Assembly (NCBI GenBank): GCA_965215015.1 | Contig: OZ244042.1 | Location: forward strand, 608,001 to 672,000 | Source: Candidatus Poribacteria bacterium | Lineage (GTDB): Bacteria > Poribacteria > WGA-4E > PCPOR2b | DNA length: 64,000 nucleotides | Direction of reading: 5' to 3' | Shown here: positions 58,620 to 64,000 of the stretch, piece after piece | Layout of the letters: each line of letters starts with the position of its first letter | Numbering within the stretch: the stretch's first letter is position 1 | The notes under the pieces: generated by a model | The model's input: the letters and a program-made list of their open reading frames with translations, nothing else | The model's database searches: none | Told to the model about the DNA's origin: nothing | Made by a program: the position numbers and the translations under genes

Positions 58620-59660
58620 CTATTCGTCTTTCAGTTCCTCTAAATCTCTTTCGAGATTCTTGATTTCCGTCAGGGTCATTGAGTCGGGTTCAAGGGCGTA
58701 TGCTTTTCTATATGCTTCAAGTGCGGATTCTGGGTCTTGCAAGAACGAGTTATAGATTTGTCCTATCCACAGATATGCGTCAACTTCCGTTGGGTCTAGC
58801 GTGACAATTTTCTGATACACATCCAACGCGTCATCATAAGCGCGTTCCTCTCCCCCGCGTCGGAGTGTACCCGCGCGCCCATAGAGCAATCCGACGAGTT
58901 CCTGCTTCGCTTCTGTGAAGTTCGGTGCGTATGCCACGACCTCCTCAAGGACTTCGAGTCCCTTATCTTCCAATCCGACAAGCTGCGTTTGTTCCTCGGC
59001 GGTGAGTTCTCGGTCAATGAACCGGTAATTTTGAAGGATATTGCGGTAGGTTCGTGAAAGTTGTAACCGGGCTTGCAGACCGATTGGCACAGACTCAAAG
59101 GGAACATCAATTAAGTCGGGGTCATTTTCAATCGCCTTCTCATAGTGAACCTGTGCTTCCTCAAACTGTTGCGTTGACTGGTACAGCGTACCTAACAGGT
59201 AGTGCGCTTCGGCATACTTTGGGTCTTTGGTGATTACGGCAAGGAATTCTTGAACAGCCCCCGCCTGTTCACCCGTGTCGCGCAGCAGCTTTCCGCGTAG
59301 CAGATGGACGTCCGGGTGTTCGGAATCGATTGCTGCAGCGCGATTCAGATGGATTTCCGCGTCTGCCACCCAATTGCTGTGGAAGTAGATTTCTGAAACG
59401 CGGATATGGGCGTGCAGCCGTGACGCATGATTGGCGTTGCGAGGGGCCGCTTCAATCGCCTGAATACCGCTCCAATACGAAAATAGGGCTTTTGGCAAAT
59501 TTTGCTTGGCGAAGTATTCATCCCCCTGTTCAATGAATGCTTCCACCTGGGACGCAGGAGGTAAATCAGCTGCTGCATTACCTCTTTTTGTGTTCACAAC
59601 TATCAGCACGATGAGGGCAACTAGAATGGCTGCCTCAAAGTAGGGTAACCATTTACTCAT
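58620..59660 (-). CDS. Membrane-anchored TPR protein
   Basis: N-terminal TM helix followed by TPR-like repeats; start at MSKWL. Confidence 0.8.
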   Translation of the reverse strand: MSKWLPYFEAAILVALIVLIVVNTKRGNAAADLPPASQVEAFIEQGDEYFAKQNLPKALFSYWSGIQAIEAAPRNANHASRLHAHIRVSEIYFHSNWVADAEIHLNRAAAIDSEHPDVHLLRGKLLRDTGEQAGAVQEFLAVITKDPKYAEAHYLLGTLYQSTQQFEEAQVHYEKAIENDPDLIDVPFESVPIGLQARLQLSRTYRNILQNYRFIDRELTAEEQTQLVGLEDKGLEVLEEVVAYAPNFTEAKQELVGLLYGRAGTLRRGGEERAYDDALDVYQKIVTLDPTEVDAYLWIGQIYNSFLQDPESALEAYRKAYALEPDSMTLTEIKNLERDLEELKDE

Positions 59661-59674
59661 CTTTGATCTTCTCC

Positions 59675-61534
59675 TCAATTAATTCCTGCCAAGAAACTCA
59701 AAAATTCTTCCGGTTCAACAAACTTTTCAAGTCTTTTGTCCGTCAACTGATTCCCATCAGAATCAAAGAAAATCACTACCGGCAACCCAACAATGTCGTA
59801 CTTTTGCTTCAACCGTTCAACTTCCTCCGAATTTCGCGTGAAGTCCAGTTTGACGTTCACAAATTTGGACAACTTTGATTTTACCGCCGGATCAGAATAG
59901 GTGTGCTCTAGTTCGTTGCAAGCAGCGCACCATGTGGCGTAGAAATCGAGCATGACAGGTTTGCCTTCTCTTCGTCCAACCTCCAATCCTTGGGCTTCAT
60001 CAGCCATCCAGAGGAGGTCGCTTTCCGCCGTTGTGAGCCCCCCCACGAACATATAAAGCCCAACAACTGCCATTAAAACGCCAACCGCTTTACGAAGCTG
60101 CACCAGACGGGGCAGGTCTTTGAACCGCTGGGAAAATTTTCCGAGAGCAATACCAGCTAGCACCAATACACCTGCAATTGCGAAAAAGCTCGTAGATTTT
60201 TGGAGCAAAGCGCGTAACGGTGGGATAACGTCTTTAAGGAAGTACAAAGCCACCGTGATGATAGCGACGCCGAATATATTCTCCAAAATATACATCCAGC
60301 CCCCTGATCTCGGCAGGGCGGCGATGGCACCCGAAAATGTACCGATTATAATAAACAACAACCCCATACCGAGGGCATAGGTCAGTAGCAGCCAGAATCC
60401 GAGGAAAACGCTCTCCGTGGTAGCCACGTAAGAAAGGACTGCGCCCAAGGCCGGTCCCGTGCAAGGCGCGGCGATGACACCTGCAACAGTTCCCATCGCA
60501 AAGGCACCGGCAAATCCTGCACCACCGACGCTATTGAGTCTGTTCTGCATGGCGTAGGGTACGCGGAGCTCGAAGACACCGAGCATAGACAGTCCGAGTG
60601 CAATCAGAATCCCACACACTGGGAGCATCACCCGTGGGTCTGCCATTATCTGTCCGAAGACTGCCCCCGTTGATGCAACAGCGACACCCAAAATTGAGTA
60701 TGTTAGTGCGATACCTATAACATAAGTCACAGATAAGAGAAAAGATCGCAAACGCTCTACGGATTCACCCGCACCAAAGACGGAAACAGTTATCGGGATT
60801 AACGGGTAAACACACGGTGTGAAACTGGTTAAGATTCCGCCCACGAAGACGAAGAGGAATGCCCAAAAGTAGCCTTTGGATAACGCTTGGGAAAACTTAC
60901 CACTTTCGCTTGTAGTGGTCTCAGAGGGAGCATCAGGAGGGGAGCCGAGTTGGAGGTTTGCAAAGATGGCATCGTTCATAGGTTGAATCGGTTGGTCCAG
61001 CCCGACAACCTCAATCGCAACATTAACATCAATTGTTTTCGGCAACAGGCACTGCTCATCATTACAGGCTTGGTATATCAATTGGAAGGGAAGCGTCATC
61101 CGTCCCAACGGTGCTGAGTCCAGTAACGTCGTTTGAAACCCGAGAACAACTTCATCATGATATACAGGGACTTTTCCACCCAATGAGGCAATTTCGAGGA
61201 TATCTGCCTTTGGATATACCACCTCACCGAATACCAGATCAGCGTGATCAGGGAGAATAACCTCCGTGGGGATTAAGCCTACCCCGGCGGGATTCGCGTT
61301 GGCGTGCCAATTGGGGGCAAACTTCATCACGATAGCCATCTGAAATGTACTGCCGGGCTGCACCTGATTTACTGACAAGACCCCATGGGCTGTAACAATC
61401 TCGACTCGCTCGGCACTTGGTTTAGGCAATCCGAAACGTGATAGCTGTCCCCATAAGGCAGTAGGCGTTCCGATATATAGTGCACAGATAAAGCATAATA
61501 AAAAATAAGGGCGAAAAACTGATTTTCTTATCAA
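59675..61534 (-). CDS. dsbD: Thiol:disulfide interchange protein DsbD-like
   Basis: N-domain QACNDEQC, TM domain TPCVYP and APCTGP, thioredoxin domain WCAAC. Confidence 0.92.
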   Translation of the reverse strand: MIRKSVFRPYFLLCFICALYIGTPTALWGQLSRFGLPKPSAERVEIVTAHGVLSVNQVQPGSTFQMAIVMKFAPNWHANANPAGVGLIPTEVILPDHADLVFGEVVYPKADILEIASLGGKVPVYHDEVVLGFQTTLLDSAPLGRMTLPFQLIYQACNDEQCLLPKTIDVNVAIEVVGLDQPIQPMNDAIFANLQLGSPPDAPSETTTSESGKFSQALSKGYFWAFLFVFVGGILTSFTPCVYPLIPITVSVFGAGESVERLRSFLLSVTYVIGIALTYSILGVAVASTGAVFGQIMADPRVMLPVCGILIALGLSMLGVFELRVPYAMQNRLNSVGGAGFAGAFAMGTVAGVIAAPCTGPALGAVLSYVATTESVFLGFWLLLTYALGMGLLFIIIGTFSGAIAALPRSGGWMYILENIFGVAIITVALYFLKDVIPPLRALLQKSTSFFAIAGVLVLAGIALGKFSQRFKDLPRLVQLRKAVGVLMAVVGLYMFVGGLTTAESDLLWMADEAQGLEVGRREGKPVMLDFYATWCAACNELEHTYSDPAVKSKLSKFVNVKLDFTRNSEEVERLKQKYDIVGLPVVIFFDSDGNQLTDKRLEKFVEPEEFLSFLAGIN

Positions 61535-61605
61535 GTGTAACCTTCCCGGATGTCAAAAACCCTTGAAAGGTTCAAGCCCTCTTAAAGGGTTCTGGTGGGT
61601 GAGAC

Positions 61606-62046
61606 CTATTTTTCTAACAACTGGTTAAGCACCGTACTCATTTCTTTTAACGTCTGCTTGCTCGTTAGGCGAGCCGATATATTTCGCGCCTGACTATCTA
61701 GTAATAAAATGAAGCCCGTTCCCTGATTGGCTCTGTAGGCTTCACCCATTCCGAGTGCCGAGGCAAGTAATTCCGACTGATACTGAGTGGTGCGGTTTGT
61801 AAAATCTAGGGTGACAAAGAGCACAGGCTTTCCATCAAATTTGTTTTGCAAATCGGTGAAGATGGTCCCCATCTTTTTGCAGGAACCGCACCAATCTGCG
61901 TGAAACTTCACAGCGATTATCTGCGGGACAGCGGGTTCTTTGGCTGACTCCTCGCCAGACAAACTGAGGGTTGTTACAATCAAAGGGATTGTTACCATGA
62001 TGGATAAGGCAATCAAAATCCATCGCAGTTGAATGGAGTATTTCAT
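61606..62046 (-). CDS. Exported thioredoxin-like protein
   Basis: Signal/TM segment, then KFHADWCGSC; start at MKYSIQ. Confidence 0.85.
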   Translation of the reverse strand: MKYSIQLRWILIALSIMVTIPLIVTTLSLSGEESAKEPAVPQIIAVKFHADWCGSCKKMGTIFTDLQNKFDGKPVLFVTLDFTNRTTQYQSELLASALGMGEAYRANQGTGFILLLDSQARNISARLTSKQTLKEMSTVLNQLLEK

Positions 62047-62181
62047 GATGTTTTTCCTTTCGATATTTACAAGGAGAGAATAAAGGGAAAGAGAAAAATA
62101 AGGAAATCTATTGCAGATTGAGGATACCCTATTTGCTAGAGGCATCCACAATCCGCGTCCGTATCACATCAGGTCTCATAC

Positions 62182-63744
62182 CTACTTCGGTTCAAGGATA
62201 GCACAAGGTAAGATCATCTCCTCCATTGAGATGCCACCGTGCTGGAATCCTCCGTTAAATTGGTGTTTATAGTCGTTAGACTGATTTGGGTAAACGAAGT
62301 AATAGTCCTCTTTGGCAAGGACATAATTTTTTTCGTAAGCCATATCGGGCAGCATGTACTGTTCAGGTTGGGTAATTCTCAATCCTACTGCTTCATCACA
62401 TATAAGCTCACCACCGACCTTGAATCGAAGTCCATTCGTTGCAGGTCTGTCTCCTGAAACCTTCGCTGCATGCTGACACAAGATTGAACCGTGATCCGCT
62501 GTTAGAATGACCGTAACGCCTCGATCTGCCAGCAACTTCAAGATTTTATACAAGCCCGAATGCTGGAACCAACCTTGCACAAATGTGCGGAACGCAGTTT
62601 CGTCAGGAATAAGTTGTTTGAGCAAGGCAATCTCAGAGCGTTTATGCGTCAGATGGTCAATACAGCCAACAACCACTGCTGCTAAACTGATGCGTTTGAC
62701 ACTGCTAATCCATTGTAGATACTCCATTTCCCCACGCGCATCAAAGATCTTAAAATAGTGTGGAGCGGGTTTGAGATGGATGCCGTGCCTATCTAGTTGC
62801 AATCGCATCAAATCCTTTTCATAACGATTGACACTAGTGTTCTCACCATCAGTTTCTACCCATAAATCGGGATAGCGCTGGGCAAACTCTAGCGGAAATA
62901 GACCGCTGAAGATCGAGTTCCGTGAATAATTTGTTGCTGTCGGCAAGATTGAGTAGTGATAGTGTGTGATAATCTGAAAGTATGGGTCTAGGAGGGGCTT
63001 GATTTTTAGCCAGTGATCCAGCCGCATACAGTCCATTACGATAAAGAATACTTGCTTACCAACCTGTATCTCCGGAATGACATGCTTGTAAAACAAATCT
63101 ACCGATAGAACAGGAGAATCCTCACCAACCAACCAATCAGAATAGTTGTCTTCGATATAACGAGCAAACAGGGCGTTACATTCCTGTTTCTCCAGTCTGT
63201 GTGTTTCACGCAAGTTATCGGCGATGTCAAGTTCATCTAGGCGCAAATCCCACTCGGCAATCTGGGTGTAAATATCAATCCATGTTCTCCAATCAAGCTC
63301 CTGCTGTTTTAATACACTTCGCTTATTAAAGTCAATCACATACTCTTGAGCGGTATAATCTTCTTGGACGGCATCATATTCCAAGAGGAACGCCAATTGT
63401 GAGGCAATCTGTTGTGGATTCAACGGTTTCATTAAAAAGTCATCAACGTGATGGATAATTGCCTCATTCATAATCTCCCGTTGCTCGCTTTCGGTTACCA
63501 TAACCACCGGTAAATGGGGGCATTTCCTCTTGATTGCGGAAAGCAGACGAATCCCATCCATATCGGGCATGATATGGTTAATCAGGACCGCGTCATAAGT
63601 TTTTTCCTGTAGCAGAGATAACCCCTCATCACCCCGCATCGCAGGCGTAATCTGATAGCCCTTTTGTTTCAAAAATAAAATATGTGTCTCTAAACTGTCA
63701 ATCACATCATCAATCCACAAAATCCTCCTTGTTTGTGCTCCCAT
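62182..63744 (-). CDS. PorX-like response regulator with C-terminal PglZ (alkaline phosphatase superfamily) domain
   Basis: REC domain (ILWIDD, MVT, KP) plus IVMDCMR, SILPTAT.YSRN, DHLTH, TADHG and FQHGGISMEEM. Confidence 0.9.
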   Translation of the reverse strand: MGAQTRRILWIDDVIDSLETHILFLKQKGYQITPAMRGDEGLSLLQEKTYDAVLINHIMPDMDGIRLLSAIKRKCPHLPVVMVTESEQREIMNEAIIHHVDDFLMKPLNPQQIASQLAFLLEYDAVQEDYTAQEYVIDFNKRSVLKQQELDWRTWIDIYTQIAEWDLRLDELDIADNLRETHRLEKQECNALFARYIEDNYSDWLVGEDSPVLSVDLFYKHVIPEIQVGKQVFFIVMDCMRLDHWLKIKPLLDPYFQIITHYHYSILPTATNYSRNSIFSGLFPLEFAQRYPDLWVETDGENTSVNRYEKDLMRLQLDRHGIHLKPAPHYFKIFDARGEMEYLQWISSVKRISLAAVVVGCIDHLTHKRSEIALLKQLIPDETAFRTFVQGWFQHSGLYKILKLLADRGVTVILTADHGSILCQHAAKVSGDRPATNGLRFKVGGELICDEAVGLRITQPEQYMLPDMAYEKNYVLAKEDYYFVYPNQSNDYKHQFNGGFQHGGISMEEMILPCAILEPK

Positions 63745-64000
63745 TGCATATCACCTCCCCCTCCCTATATTGTTGCAAGGTTGCGGCTTGCAACTCCGCA
63801 CGGTATCTCAAACCGGCGGACTCTGACTCTTGCAGAGCTTTCAAAAGATTAGTATTTAACTCGTCAAAAGTTGCCCAACGCGCGGCAGCGATCTCTTTAG
63901 TATCAACAGGTTGTAAGCATCCACCTATCGCCTGAGCGGCAAACACATGAGAGGTCCAGAGCACCGTTTTGTCCTTAAAAGAAAAGTGGACATACACTTT
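63710..64000 (-). CDS. 3' part of a probable NUDIX-family hydrolase (partial)
   Basis: SHVFAA...LQPVDTKEIAAARWATFDEL resembles NUDIX C-terminal strands; the NUDIX box would lie outside the window. Confidence 0.5.
   Translation of the reverse strand, partial: KVYVHFSFKDKTVLWTSHVFAAQAIGGCLQPVDTKEIAAARWATFDELNTNLLKALQESESAGLRYRAELQAATLQQYREGEVICNGSTNKEDFVD

Noticed and set aside
61558-61591. tRNA T-arm-like GGTTCAAGCCC
   Set aside because: No cloverleaf; it is the loop of a palindrome related to 1218-1250.
62182-63744. PglZ domain as evidence of a BREX defence system
   Set aside because: It is fused to a receiver domain in the PorX architecture, and no brxA/B/C/L or pglX genes are present in the window.

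Overview
A gene-dense bacterial chromosomal window of roughly 50% GC (visual estimate). The many Gfo/Idh/MocA, enolase-superfamily, TIM-barrel and TPR genes and the repeat-littered spacers suggest a Poribacteria-like organism, which is an inference. Housekeeping genes are scattered or in short runs: leuD, copA, chrA, lgt, an AlaC/DapL-type aminotransferase, ino1, pyrE-ymdB-xseA-xseB-dxs-tlyA, thiO, trpC, rtcB and dsbD. Decayed mobile and defence material includes an internally deleted IS200/IS605-type tnpB element with both ends kept, a Cre-like recombinase scrap inside a broken gene, dead MNT-HEPN and HigBA toxin-antitoxin pairs, one apparently complete MTase-REase pair, and a BsuBI/PstI-type system with a truncated nuclease. 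The most notable items are: a secreted YceI protein bracketed by Asn-Pro-Cys repeats in a TPR-YceI-GT2-Crp cluster; a PorX-like REC-PglZ protein with Asp-to-Asn at the phospho-acceptor, overlapping a NUDIX-like gene and followed by thioredoxin-DsbD-TPR; an archaeal-type RtcB with a 520-aa LAGLIDADG intein at its catalytic Cys; nested MITE/REP families, one with a 9-bp target duplication; and short palindromes that appear to be inserted in frame in several proteins. No rRNA, tRNA or CRISPR array was recognised. All family assignments come from motif recognition by eye, not database searches.
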